DNA of 63,722 nucleotides, the filler included, from Candidatus Delongbacteria bacterium (GTDB taxonomy: Bacteria; UBA4055): the NCBI GenBank assembly GCA_016937995.1. It is 6 parts of 6 records of this genome, joined end to end, with 100 filler letters (N's around TTAATTAATTAA, not from the genome) between each part and the next. Parts side by side here need not be neighbours in the genome. Positions count along the whole stretch, not along the records: positions 34,143 to 42,033 come from JAFGVM010000014.1; positions 42,134 to 60,702 come from JAFGVM010000016.1; 4 more parts are not named here. One strand, written 5' to 3'. The notes under the pieces are model-generated. The model ran no database searches, was not told the DNA's origin, and saw only the letters and a program-made list of their open reading frames with translations. Shown here in pieces: positions 40,718 to 51,407 of the stretch. Every line of letters starts with the position of its first letter. Within the stretch, counting starts at the first letter, position 1. A program made the translations under genes and the position numbers.

Positions 40718-41827
40718 TTACATTCTCGATTTATAGTTTTTAAGGCTCAGAAGAATAAAGAACACCGTCATTCCTGCGAGAACAAGTGTCGGTTTCCAGA
40801 TGTATTCTATCCCGAGACCTTTGATCATGATATTTTTAATTATTTTGATGAACCAGGTTGCGGGTATAGCTGATGAAACATATTGAAGTATCTCCGGAAG
40901 ACTTTCAACAGGGAAGATGAATCCAGTTAGAAGTATTGTAGGAAGCATTAAACCTATCAAAGAAGCGAACATTGCCGTCTGTTGAGTTTCTGCCTTCGTC
41001 GATATTAAAATGCCCAGAGAAAGTGCTGTAATAGCGTATAAAGTGGATTCTGCAAGTAAGATGAAAATATTACCTTCCATAGGCATATTGAAGACATACA
41101 TTCCCATTCCGATGATAATTCCACTGTTTATAACTGAAAGAATCAGATAGGGGAGAACCTTGCCGATTATTATCGTGATCGGCCGTAACGGAGTGATCAT
41201 CAGCAGTTCCATTGTTCCAAGTTCCTTTTCCCTTGCAAGAGAGATAGAGGTCAGCATAGCAGATACTATCATCAGCACCAGAGCCATTACGCCCGGTATA
41301 AATACAAATACCGACCTAAGTTCCGGATTATATATCATTCTGACCTTAGGCTGAATAAGCATTTTCATATCTGGATTTATCTCTGAACTGTAATTTACAA
41401 TGATAGAGGAAGTATAGTTCGTAAGCATTACAGCGGTATTGATATTTGAAGCATCAGCAATTATCTGGACATCGACATTGCCATCATGATCAAGTTTATT
41501 TGCAAATTTTTCCGGAAAGATCAAAGCTATCTGAGCAGAACCGTTCATGAATGAAGTCCCGATGTCATCATATTTGTCAAAGTATTGTACCGAACTGAAA
41601 TATTCAGACGAAAGAATTTTATTCGTAATATTTATCGTATAGTTATCTCTGGAGTAATCAATGACAGCTATCTCAGCATTCTTAACTTCATTGGTCAAAG
41701 CAAAACCGAAAAGAATGACATCCATGACCGGAATACCGAACAGGATCAGCAAAGTCCTTCCATCTCTGAAAATGTGGAAGAATTCCTTTTTGACAAATGC
41801 TATCAGCTGTTTAAATTGAAATATCAT
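40718..41827 (-). CDS. ABC-2 exporter permease (YbhS-like)
   Basis: KEFFHIFRD, AREKELGTMELL, GFIFPVESLP. Confidence 0.9.
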   Translation of the reverse strand: MIFQFKQLIAFVKKEFFHIFRDGRTLLILFGIPVMDVILFGFALTNEVKNAEIAVIDYSRDNYTINITNKILSSEYFSSVQYFDKYDDIGTSFMNGSAQIALIFPEKFANKLDHDGNVDVQIIADASNINTAVMLTNYTSSIIVNYSSEINPDMKMLIQPKVRMIYNPELRSVFVFIPGVMALVLMIVSAMLTSISLAREKELGTMELLMITPLRPITIIIGKVLPYLILSVINSGIIIGMGMYVFNMPMEGNIFILLAESTLYAITALSLGILISTKAETQQTAMFASLIGLMLPTILLTGFIFPVESLPEILQYVSSAIPATWFIKIIKNIMIKGLGIEYIWKPTLVLAGMTVFFILLSLKNYKSRM

Positions 41828-41832
41828 TAAAA

Positions 41833-42033
41833 TTACCCTTTTGTAGAGGTCCCCCTGGCTAATATTTGAAATACTCCGTCCATTGAATCAGCAGAATATT
41901 GTTTTTTAAGCTCGGAAGGTTTATCCAGAGCTACGATCTTACCATCGACCATGATAGAAACTCTATTGCAGTATTCAGCTTCATCCATGTAGTGTGTTGT
42001 AACGAATATTGTCGTTCCGTTATCAGCAGCTTC
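41833..42033 (-). CDS. 3' fragment of ABC ATP-binding protein (YbhF-like)
   Basis: Manual translation GTTIFVTTHYMDEAEYCNRVSIMVDGKI...; not in the ORF track. Confidence 0.9.
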   Translation of the reverse strand, partial: EAADNGTTIFVTTHYMDEAEYCNRVSIMVDGKIVALDKPSELKKQYSADSMDGVFQILARGTSTKG

Positions 42034-42133
42034 NNNNNNNNNNNNNNNNNNNNNNNNNNNNNNNNNNNNNNNNNNNNTTAATTAATTAANNNNNNNNNNN
42101 NNNNNNNNNNNNNNNNNNNNNNNNNNNNNNNNN
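42034..42133. other. Artificial contig linker
   Basis: N44-TTAATTAATTAA-N44. Confidence 0.99.
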
Positions 42134-43111
42134 AATATCCATATACTGATCAGTTCCGACAACACAACCGAGCATCGGGTCCTGTGATCCGTAAGTGGAT
42201 GTTACACTGTTCAGATACTGTGATTTTAAAGCTGCCCAATCCCCTACAAGCTGAACATAAAGTATATTTGGATTTGCATCGTATTCATCCTGAATGTCCC
42301 CTGATACATATAGATCAGTTCCATAATTCACCTGAAGGGTATTGACTTTGTAACCCATTTCCTCTTTCCACTGAATATATGGCTGTAAAGCTGTAAGTCC
42401 ACCGTATGAAGAAGTATATACTAAAAGGATTTCACCAAGTTCTCCAACGTCCATTACTTTCGATTCATTGTAGTTCAGGAACATACCCTTGTACATACCG
42501 TTCATTTCTGAAACCACTGTCGATGATTTTTTCAACAACGGATTCACAGGTTTAGTATCATTATCTGTGAGTATAACAGTGATATTTTTGTACACTCTTA
42601 AAGTTTGAGTTGCTGCATTGTACTGGAAAGGATGTGTAATTACACTTGTTCCTCTTACATCTCTCATGATGAAAGGCTCTGTTCCTTCTACAATATTTCC
42701 GGGATACCATGAATCTGTCACAGATTCTTTTGCTATCTCATAAGGTATTTTGCTTATATCCATGCTTCTTGACATAATACCTCTTGAAGGTAACAATGGG
42801 TGATCAAGCTTGATCTCAACATATTTGCCTGCATCATAATCCAATGTCACGTTCTTTTCATTTGATAACTGAACTGATTTTGTGAATCTAGGTAATTCAG
42901 CATAACCTAATTCATTGGTCCTTACCCCACCTTCAAAATCTATTCTGGTGAATGTTTGACCATCTGCTTTAACTTCACTTAGGCTGTATGAATCAACAGT
43001 GATGTCAAGCTTCATCTGGTCACTTGATACCCTCGTATAATTCACGTCATAGCTGTTCGCCAGTAATGAAACTATCATCACTAAGAACAGTAGGACTGTA
43101 CTTTTTTTCAT
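42134..43111 (-). CDS. Gingipain-like C25 peptidase: signal peptide, propeptide and start of catalytic domain (truncated)
   Basis: GYAELP, EPFIMRDVRG, PFQYN, YIQWKEEMGY, YVQLVGD. Confidence 0.88.
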
Positions 43112-43425
43112 AAAACTCTCCCCTTTTTACATTAGTCTATAAGTATTTCACATTCCCTTCAACAGTGGTAAGTCCTACAATATTTTGGATATACAAATTC
43201 GTCTCCCGCAAGTTATCAGGCCTACCTTGAGTCGTTTAATAAAATATCCAATAATGTAAAAGTTGTCAATAGAAAAATAAAATATGATTAATATCCTAAC
43301 CATCTTGGTAAAAAAGGTATTTTTGCACCTTGCAAAAACCTCACATAAATTTCTTGACTAAGATTTATCCATCTGTTATATTTCATCATCGGTAAATAAT
43401 TGAACAAAACATTAAGGAGAAAAAA

Positions 43426-43662
43426 ATGTCTATCGAACAAAAAGTAAATGAGATCATCATGGACGAATTAGGTGTTGACGAAGCAAGTGTTGTACCTGAA
43501 GCTTCTTTTATAAACGACTTGGGTGCTGACTCTTTGGCAACTGTAGAACTTGTAATGAAGTTTGAAGATGAATTTGACATAAAGATTGAAGAAGATGAAG
43601 CTGAAAAGATCACAACTGTTGGTTCAGCTATCGATTTCATAAAGCAAAAACTTGGTGAATAA
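43426..43662 (+). CDS. acpP: Acyl carrier protein
   Basis: DLGADSL.TVELVM.FE.EF; upstream of fabF. Confidence 0.96.
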   Translation: MSIEQKVNEIIMDELGVDEASVVPEASFINDLGADSLATVELVMKFEDEFDIKIEEDEAEKITTVGSAIDFIKQKLGE

Positions 43663-43772
43663 TCCTTTTTCAAAACGTGAATATTATTATCAGGGGAAAT
43701 ATACAATTTCCCTTGTTTTTTATTAGTTAATATGCTGCTGGTTGTGTAAAAATAAATATTGGGACATAAATT

Positions 43773-45014
43773 ATGAAAAGAAGGGTTGTTGTTACTGGAA
43801 TGGGAGTTGTTTCCGTATTGGGATATGATGTGGAAAAATTCTATCAAAATTTACTTGATGGAAAGAGCGGTATATCAAGAATTGAAAGATGGGATACAAC
43901 CGAACATACAGTAAAAATTGCAGGTGAGATCAAAGACTTTGACCCGGCTGAACATTTTGAAAGCAATGAAGCTAAAAGACTGGATAGATTCACTCAATAT
44001 GCTTTGGTGGCGGCAAAAAGTGCTATCGAGGACTCCAAAATCGACCTTAATAAAATAGATAACGATAGATTTGGAGTTATCACAGGCAGTGGAATAGGTG
44101 GAATGGAAACTTATCAGGACAACCATAAGAAATTGCTTGAAAGAGGTCCGCGAAGAGTTAGTCCTTTATTTATTCCAATGATGATCCCAGATATTGCTGC
44201 AGGTAGAATATCCATGAAGTGGGACCTGAGAGGTCCGAATTATACAACAGTTTCCGCTTGTGCTTCATCCGGACATGCCATTGGAAATGCCTACAGAACT
44301 ATTCAATATGGTGATGCTGATATTATGATCGCTGGTGGATCTGAAGCTGTTATTACCGATCTGGCCATAGCTGGATTTTCAAACATGAAAGCACTATCAA
44401 CAAGAAATGATGAACCTGAAAAAGCAAGTAGACCTTTTGATAATGACAGGGATGGATTTGTCATGGGTGAAGGGGCCGGTATGCTCGTTCTGGAAGAATA
44501 CGAGCATGCTGTAAAAAGGGGAGCAAAGATCTATGCCGAGATCGCAGGTATTGGATTCTCAGGTGATGCCAAAGACATTGTTGCGCCCGATCCTGAGGGT
44601 GGCGGTGCTAAAAGAGCTATGCTTGCGGCAGTGAAAGATGCTGGTATTAAACCTGAGGACATAGATCATATCAATACTCATGGAACTTCAACACCAACCG
44701 GTGATATCCCTGAAACCATCGGCATCAAATCCGCATTCGGTGAACATGCATACAAAATAGCCATCAACTCAACTAAATCAATGATCGGACACTTACTAGG
44801 TGGAGCAGGAGCAGTTGAACTTATTGGAACTATAAAAGCTGTTCAAACTGACACAGTCCACCCTACTATAAATCTGGATACTCCTGACCCGTTGTGTGAT
44901 CTCAATTACACTCCGAATAAATTCATTCAGAGAAAAGTTGATTACGCACTAAGCAATACATTCGGTTTCGGTGGACACAACTCATCTATATTGGTAAAAA
45001 AATTTAAAGGTTAA
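43773..45014 (+). CDS. fabF: Beta-ketoacyl-ACP synthase II
   Basis: RRVVVTGMG, SACAS, HGTST, KSMIGHLLG, FGFGGHN. Confidence 0.97.
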   Translation: MKRRVVVTGMGVVSVLGYDVEKFYQNLLDGKSGISRIERWDTTEHTVKIAGEIKDFDPAEHFESNEAKRLDRFTQYALVAAKSAIEDSKIDLNKIDNDRFGVITGSGIGGMETYQDNHKKLLERGPRRVSPLFIPMMIPDIAAGRISMKWDLRGPNYTTVSACASSGHAIGNAYRTIQYGDADIMIAGGSEAVITDLAIAGFSNMKALSTRNDEPEKASRPFDNDRDGFVMGEGAGMLVLEEYEHAVKRGAKIYAEIAGIGFSGDAKDIVAPDPEGGGAKRAMLAAVKDAGIKPEDIDHINTHGTSTPTGDIPETIGIKSAFGEHAYKIAINSTKSMIGHLLGGAGAVELIGTIKAVQTDTVHPTINLDTPDPLCDLNYTPNKFIQRKVDYALSNTFGFGGHNSSILVKKFKG

Positions 45015-45016
45015 AC

Positions 45017-45760
45017 TTGTTCGAAAAGTTTTTTTCAAAAAGTAAAGATGGAAGTAACGATCCGCTGATAAGGGATAATCTCAGCGGACTCGAAAGTAAA
45101 ATATCGTACTCATTTAAGAATAAAGACCTGTTGTATAGATCACTTATGCACAGGTCTTTTCTTTCCATGAACAACATGGACAGGAACGAATCTAATGAAA
45201 GGTTGGAGTTCCTTGGTGATTCGGCTTTGAATTTCATTGTTGTTAAGTTTCTTTGCAAAACATATCCTGATCTTGATGAGGGTGAATTAAGTAAGATGAA
45301 ATCAATCATCGTATCCGGTGAAAATCTTTCTACAATAGCCAGAGAGTTACAGTTGGGAGATCATGTTCTGTTAAGCGATTATGAAGAGAAAGCGGGAGGA
45401 AGAGATAAATCTTCGATACTTGAAGATACATTTGAAGCTATAATCGGAGCTGTGTATCTTGACAGTGGTATCAATAAAGTTCAGGAGATAGTAAGTTCTC
45501 TGATCTTGAACAGCATTGATAAGGCTTTTGAAAATTCTCTTACAAGAAATTATAAATCTGAACTTCTCGAATATGTTCAATCAATGGGCCTTGAACCTCC
45601 AACATACGAAGTTGTGAATGAGGAAGGACCCGAACACGAGAAAATATTCACAATAAAGGCAATTGTGGACGGTAAAGAAATCGCTCAAGGTTCTGCATCT
45701 TCTAAAAAAAAGGCTGAACAGGAGGCAAGTAAAAATGCATTGGACAATCTCAATACGTAG
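45017..45760 (+). CDS. rnc: Ribonuclease III
   Basis: NERLEFLGDS signature, FEAIIGAVYLD, C-terminal dsRBD. Confidence 0.96.
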   Translation: MFEKFFSKSKDGSNDPLIRDNLSGLESKISYSFKNKDLLYRSLMHRSFLSMNNMDRNESNERLEFLGDSALNFIVVKFLCKTYPDLDEGELSKMKSIIVSGENLSTIARELQLGDHVLLSDYEEKAGGRDKSSILEDTFEAIIGAVYLDSGINKVQEIVSSLILNSIDKAFENSLTRNYKSELLEYVQSMGLEPPTYEVVNEEGPEHEKIFTIKAIVDGKEIAQGSASSKKKAEQEASKNALDNLNT

Positions 45761-45863
45761 TCCAATAAATAAAAAAAAGACTTGCCTTAACCGTAAATTT
45801 TATGCAAATTAAGTTCTAATTAAAATATTTCTAAAAAAAATAACCTTTATGGAGGATTTATAA

Positions 45864-48059
45864 ATGAAGAAGTTGACTATATTCTTTTTCTCGCTGTTGC
45901 TACTGTTGACTATGTTCTTTCAAACGGGATGCTCTTCTGATACACCAACAGATGAAACAGATCCTATCGTGATCGATATTAAAGTTACAAATCTGGGTCA
46001 TCAGACAGTTGGGATCGATAGTTTTGATACTCAGACATCTTTTACTGTAATAGTTCAGCTTACCGGATTAACAGAAAATTATTCGCAGATAAATTTTTAT
46101 CTCGGCACGGATACTAATCCTGTCGAAGAGGTGACTAGAGCAACAATTTCTACACTTGCTGAACAACAGAGCTTAGATGCTACCATAACTCAGGATATAA
46201 GTACTCTCGGTCTTAGTGAAGGTCCTATTGATTTAAGAATTGAAGCTATCGGTACTAACTTTGCTGTTGACGAGGTCATAATACCTATTTACCTGAATCT
46301 TCCGGATGAGAACAGTGAATGGATCGATATTGCTTTAATAAGTCCTGAAAATCCTAGCGAATACGATATTGGAGATATGATAGAAATGCAGATCCATGTT
46401 CAGGGTAATAGCACAATGTTCAAATCATTCGAGGCTTATTTTGAAATGGACCCTGATCCAATTTTTCAGACAACTACATTCGATGACACACTCTACTTTT
46501 CGTTCGAAACTGAAGATCTTGCTATCGGTGATTACGCGATCAATTTCAATGTTACTGATATTTATGATGTCGTTAAGCAAAAGAGTTTAAATTTCAGACT
46601 TAACGAGTTCATTCCAACGTTCGAGGTGGTGGATAACAACGGTGTAGGTTACGAATTAAAATCCATGGTCCAAACTTATGATGGCGGCTATGTTACTGTG
46701 GCATCTGATTCACTGCTCGGTACAAGAATAGTGAAATATATTTACAATAAAGAGCTTGAGCAGGTTGATGTTTTATGGGAAGAAAACATAAGAGCTGAAG
46801 TTGGAGTTGCTGAAAGTGTTTGCGAGGATAAGGATTATAATGGTGGTGTGATCATTGCGGGTTGGAGAATAAGTGATATTGATGGTCTGAAAGACACCTG
46901 GGTAAGAAAGGTTAGCTCTGATGACGGAAGTTTGATCTGGAATAAGCATTACGGTTATAACGGGATCGATGACGGTGCAACTGTAATTAAAAAATCAGTT
47001 GACGATGGTTATATAATTGGTGGTTACACTTACAACTATTATCATGCCGATGGGTTGGATGGCGGATATACAGAATTCGTAATTCCTGGTGAAAACGAAT
47101 TTGATGTAGACAGTGTAACGTATAACTGGGATACTGGTTATGACGTCAGACTATTGAAGATCTATAGTAACGGCAACGAGATCTGGGGACATAATCATAG
47201 CTACGATTCACATAGAAGATGGCATGATATTTCATCACATAGTTTATGGTGGGATGGATATCTTATCGCTTGGTGGGTAAGGACAATGGGTGATCAATAC
47301 ATCACTGACTTATTCGCAAAAGATGATGGTACATATATCGTTACAGGATGGAATAATGCCCGTTTATATATCTATGATGGATCTGATGATAGGGATATGT
47401 ACTATGCCCATCTTGATAATACAGGAGGTTTTCTTGAAACTATGACTTGGTCAGAAATGACTGGTTTTGACATAAGTCATCCATCTAGAACAGATGATTT
47501 CTGGGGATTCTACGATGTTCCAGGTGTATACGATAGATTAAATAACAGTCTTTATCGTGCCAATCATTTAGGAACTGTTACAGAGGATGAGATCGGTTAT
47601 GGAATAGTTGAATCATTTAAGGGTTACACTGGAGATGTTGTACTGGCCGGAGAAACTTATGAGATCGACGACGATCCTGTAACTAAAAGTAAATTCCATG
47701 ATGGCTGGGTAGTTGAATTCACTATCAATGGTGATGAGGACGGTGCTTTGTGGGAATATAGTTTTGGTGAAGCAGAAGTTGAAGATAAGGCTTATGGGAT
47801 CGACCAGACAAAAGATGATGGATACATTGTTACAGGTTATACTACTATAGGATCTGATAAAGCAACATGGACATACAAACTCAATACTGAGCTGTTGGTA
47901 GTATGGTCAAAGAAATTCGATGTTGCAGGTGACGATTGGGGTATGAAAGCAATTCAAACTAGAGATGGTGGATACATCACAGGTGGTAATGTTAACCCTG
48001 GTGGTGGTTTAAGAGCTAGGTTGATAAAAATCAATAAATTGGGGCAGTTTAACGAATAA
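45864..48059 (+). CDS. Acidic surface lipoprotein with Ig-like N-terminal domains and beta-propeller-like repeats
   Basis: Lipobox QTGC; repeated QTxDGGY motifs. Confidence 0.75.
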   Translation: MKKLTIFFFSLLLLLTMFFQTGCSSDTPTDETDPIVIDIKVTNLGHQTVGIDSFDTQTSFTVIVQLTGLTENYSQINFYLGTDTNPVEEVTRATISTLAEQQSLDATITQDISTLGLSEGPIDLRIEAIGTNFAVDEVIIPIYLNLPDENSEWIDIALISPENPSEYDIGDMIEMQIHVQGNSTMFKSFEAYFEMDPDPIFQTTTFDDTLYFSFETEDLAIGDYAINFNVTDIYDVVKQKSLNFRLNEFIPTFEVVDNNGVGYELKSMVQTYDGGYVTVASDSLLGTRIVKYIYNKELEQVDVLWEENIRAEVGVAESVCEDKDYNGGVIIAGWRISDIDGLKDTWVRKVSSDDGSLIWNKHYGYNGIDDGATVIKKSVDDGYIIGGYTYNYYHADGLDGGYTEFVIPGENEFDVDSVTYNWDTGYDVRLLKIYSNGNEIWGHNHSYDSHRRWHDISSHSLWWDGYLIAWWVRTMGDQYITDLFAKDDGTYIVTGWNNARLYIYDGSDDRDMYYAHLDNTGGFLETMTWSEMTGFDISHPSRTDDFWGFYDVPGVYDRLNNSLYRANHLGTVTEDEIGYGIVESFKGYTGDVVLAGETYEIDDDPVTKSKFHDGWVVEFTINGDEDGALWEYSFGEAEVEDKAYGIDQTKDDGYIVTGYTTIGSDKATWTYKLNTELLVVWSKKFDVAGDDWGMKAIQTRDGGYITGGNVNPGGGLRARLIKINKLGQFNE

Positions 48060-48072
48060 ATATATTGTTATG

Positions 48073-48105
48073 AAAAAAAGGGAAGCTAGAAGCTTCCCTT
48101 TTTTT
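48073..48105. terminator. Bidirectional intrinsic terminator
   Basis: A7-GGGAAGCT-aga-AGCTTCCC-T7. Confidence 0.9.
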
Positions 48106-48118
48106 ATGGTTTAAATAT

Positions 48119-48802
48119 TTACTTTATGTAATAAACCAGAACAGCTATGAACAATAGGCTCGGAACTAAGTTAAGTATCTTAAGTTTTTTTATCTCAAGG
48201 ATATTTATTCCCAATCCGATGAGAATGATCCCTCCGACTGCAGAGATCTCATTTATCATCAGTTCAGTGAACATTCCCTCCAGTAATCCTGCAAATAATG
48301 TTAATCCTCCCTGGTATATCATCAGCGGTACGACAGAGAACAATACCCCTAAACCAAGCGACGATGCCAGGGCAATTGATGCAAATCCGTCCATTAAAGA
48401 TTTTGTTAAGAGCAGATCTGAAACACCACCCATTCCTTCTTCAATAGCACCAAGAATTGTCATTGAACCCATACAGAACAGCATAAATGCTGTTACAAGC
48501 CCTTCAGTGAACTTATCATTCTTTGTTCTTATCTTACTTTTGACCTTATCACCCAGAAATTCAATTCTTGCTTCAAGTTTAAGCAGTTCACCCGTGATCG
48601 CACCCAAGACAAGACTGAAGACCATCAATAGAATATTATTAGTTTTTAAAGCCATCGAAAAACCAAGAAAAAGAGTAAAAAGACCGATTCCCTGAAATAC
48701 GGTCTTAATGATCCTCTCAGGCAGCTTATTATGAATGATCAATCCAATTATACTGCCTGATATAACTGCAGCAACATTAACAATTGTTCCCTGTATAAGC
48801 AT
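48119..48802 (-). CDS. DUF554 family membrane protein
   Basis: GTIVNV, LFCMGSMTILG, KSLMDG. Confidence 0.9.
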   Translation of the reverse strand: MLIQGTIVNVAAVISGSIIGLIIHNKLPERIIKTVFQGIGLFTLFLGFSMALKTNNILLMVFSLVLGAITGELLKLEARIEFLGDKVKSKIRTKNDKFTEGLVTAFMLFCMGSMTILGAIEEGMGGVSDLLLTKSLMDGFASIALASSLGLGVLFSVVPLMIYQGGLTLFAGLLEGMFTELMINEISAVGGIILIGLGINILEIKKLKILNLVPSLLFIAVLVYYIK

Positions 48803-48820
48803 TTGATTTCAACCTGTTAT

Positions 48821-49072
48821 TTATTTCAAAAGCATGTATGAATCAATATCTATCTCGTTGTGCTTTGATTCATAGTATTCTTTGGTGTCATTGACAGCTT
48901 TATTATAGATCACTTTTCCAAAAGAGCTCATTATGTGATCAAAAAGTGAATCTGCACCTATATTACCTATCTCAACATCAAGCTCATTTTTACAGAATTC
49001 TCTCAGGTTCTCAATTATATCAACTTTATTATCTTCTGAAATATTTATTTCAAATTTTTCTTTTTCTCTCAT
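48821..49072 (-). CDS. DUF2164 family protein
   Basis: ELDVEIGNIGA..L, G.VIYNKAV pattern. Confidence 0.75.
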   Translation of the reverse strand: MREKEKFEINISEDNKVDIIENLREFCKNELDVEIGNIGADSLFDHIMSSFGKVIYNKAVNDTKEYYESKHNEIDIDSYMLLK

Positions 49073-49076
49073 AATA

Positions 49077-50180
49077 TTAATATGTATATATGTTTAGTTT
49101 AGACTTACCGTTTACCAGCTCATATATCTTATCTCCCAGGAAATATATTTTGGAATCGAACCTGCTGACAAAATCCTCTCCGGTCAATCCCTGAATTTTT
49201 GATCTGCTGATGAAAGAGTCATCTTTATACATGTCAATTATAAAATCATTTTGATTTGTACTGTCCCTTTCAATTGAAGGACAAACGATAAGCCTGTTGT
49301 ATTTATCATAGAATAGATCGTTGATTGATTTTTTATAAGATTTATTCTCGGTCATAAGGTTTCCGTTAGCACGTAAATTCATGGTTTTGATCTTATCCTG
49401 TTCGTAATGATTATATTCTATTTTTGAATAATCGTGCGATATTTTATGGATCTTTTTCCCTTCAAGATCAAATACATCAATAGCATATTTATCCTCATTG
49501 TTCTCAGCAACATAGATCTTTCCACCGCCCGATGTAAATTTAGAGATCGATTCAAAGTACTTGATATTATAAGGATCAAATTCAATTTGATAATCCCTCA
49601 GAACTGCAATTTCTTCGAATTTTTTATTCATAAGAGCAAGATTATGCCTAAAAAGCAGTTGACCCTTCCTGTTGTCCTCAACATTATGCATATAACCGAC
49701 AATTTTATCATCTGAGACTGAACGGAGTATCTCCCCTATCACACCTTTAAAAAGTCCTTCATTTCTATAATCAAAAGTTTCAATATAATTACCCTTATCA
49801 TCAAACTTAACTATCTTTTTGTTTGGAAATGATTTTACATATACAGTATCCTCAATGATCACAAGATCAAGACTTAGAAATTGCCCGGGTTCTTTGCCTA
49901 AACTTCCAAATGAAGTAATGAAATCACCGGTATCATTGAATTTCAGGATCTTTCCTTTTCTTGAATTCAGTAAATAAATATTTCCATCGCTGTCAATATC
50001 CATGTCTTCGATCTCACTGAAAGTTCTGGTCGAATCTTCTGTATCGACATCTCCGGATATAGAAAATAAAATATCCAGAGCCAGAGTATCCGGTTTGTAA
50101 TTAGGATTTTTTTTGCTGCAGCTTATTGTGTATAATAACAAAAAACTCAACGCAACAGGGAAGTACTTTTGAAATTTCAT
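49077..50180 (-). CDS. Lipoprotein, 6-bladed beta-propeller (paralog of 8266-9420)
   Basis: Lipobox TISC; DSDGNIY, FGSLGKEPGQF. Confidence 0.82.
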   Translation of the reverse strand: MKFQKYFPVALSFLLLYTISCSKKNPNYKPDTLALDILFSISGDVDTEDSTRTFSEIEDMDIDSDGNIYLLNSRKGKILKFNDTGDFITSFGSLGKEPGQFLSLDLVIIEDTVYVKSFPNKKIVKFDDKGNYIETFDYRNEGLFKGVIGEILRSVSDDKIVGYMHNVEDNRKGQLLFRHNLALMNKKFEEIAVLRDYQIEFDPYNIKYFESISKFTSGGGKIYVAENNEDKYAIDVFDLEGKKIHKISHDYSKIEYNHYEQDKIKTMNLRANGNLMTENKSYKKSINDLFYDKYNRLIVCPSIERDSTNQNDFIIDMYKDDSFISRSKIQGLTGEDFVSRFDSKIYFLGDKIYELVNGKSKLNIYTY

Positions 50181-50191
50181 ATTTTATTACC

Positions 50192-50689
50192 CTACTTCTT
50201 ATTCATTATTATTTCTGAACTTTCTTTGATCTTTTTCCAGTCAAAGTCTTTGCTCAACTTAAGAGCTTCCTCAGGTTTCATATTCTCAAAGCTGAACATT
50301 AGAAATCCACCATCGGTCTCACTTTTACCAAGATCTACGATTATCGCCCCTGCATTTTCTTCTTTATCATAAGCCTGATAAGCATCCATTCCATTTATCT
50401 TATCAGTCTGATAGATTCCTTCCTCATTTTCCACGTTCATTTGAGGCATTTGACCTGTCACCAAAGTGTTGGTGCCAATGATAACCGTAACCAGAAACTC
50501 TTTATCACCGTTAGTATATTCTCTCACAGCATTGACCATTTTCATACCACCCATGTCCATACTCATACCTTCAGCCTCACCTGCTTCCCAGCCTTTGATA
50601 TCCACCAGTTCTTTCTTCAATGCTTCAGATTGATCTGCAAAAACTATGGTTGCCATAAGCATTAAAATTAAAACTATCATCTTTTTCAT
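50192..50689 (-). CDS. Secreted hypothetical protein
   Basis: Signal peptide, GGAGG RBS, 165 aa. Confidence 0.7.
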   Translation of the reverse strand: MKKMIVLILMLMATIVFADQSEALKKELVDIKGWEAGEAEGMSMDMGGMKMVNAVREYTNGDKEFLVTVIIGTNTLVTGQMPQMNVENEEGIYQTDKINGMDAYQAYDKEENAGAIIVDLGKSETDGGFLMFSFENMKPEEALKLSKDFDWKKIKESSEIIMNKK

Positions 50690-50711
50690 CTTATATCCCT
50701 CCTTTTTTAAA

Positions 50712-50741
50712 AGAGGGGACGACTGGTAGGCGTCCCCTACA
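50712..50741 (-). repeat. GTAG-type REP hairpin
   Basis: aggggacg...cgtcccctaca. Confidence 0.8.
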
Positions 50742-50752
50742 ATTGTTCATTA

Positions 50753-51298
50753 TTAATTATTAATTAATTTTCTAAACTCATCATCAAGTATGTCCATCAT
50801 TACATCATCATATTCCTTACCGTACATTAAAATTGAATTCCTTCTACGACCGATTTCTTTGAATCCACATTTTCTGTAGGATGCCATCGCTCTTTCGTTA
50901 AAAGAAAATACTTTAAGCATAATGTTTCTAAAATTCAGATGGTCGAAACCATATTTCATCAACTGCTTCATAGCATCGGTTCCATAGCCCCTGTCCCAGA
51001 AATCCTTATTTCCAATGAATATTCCGATCTCAGCATTTCGGCTTATCGTATCTATCTTATGAAATCCACAATTCCCAATTAAAGTATCTGTTTCTTTGTC
51101 TATTATGGCATAATTATGTTCCCTGGATAATTTTTCAAGATATTCTCTTTCAGTATTCAAAGCAATCACTCCTCTTGACGCACCAAGGTTAGAAGTGATC
51201 TCAAGATCGTTCAACCATTCAGTATATTGCTCATGATCATCAATATTTATCGGTGAAAGATAGCACTTTTCTCCAACCAGCTTTTTGAAATATCTCAT
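50753..51298 (-). CDS. GNAT acetyltransferase (RimJ/RimL-like)
   Basis: IGIFIG...WDRGYGTDA, NERAMASYRKCGF. Confidence 0.9.
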   Translation of the reverse strand: MRYFKKLVGEKCYLSPINIDDHEQYTEWLNDLEITSNLGASRGVIALNTEREYLEKLSREHNYAIIDKETDTLIGNCGFHKIDTISRNAEIGIFIGNKDFWDRGYGTDAMKQLMKYGFDHLNFRNIMLKVFSFNERAMASYRKCGFKEIGRRRNSILMYGKEYDDVMMDILDDEFRKLINN

Positions 51299-51407
51299 AT
51301 TTGTTCCTTTTTTATACTTTTTATAATCCGATAAAATAAACAATTATTTGCTTTAAATCTATTCAATAATAATTTACTTTATAATCAAAATTATACGGAG
51401 TACTTAA

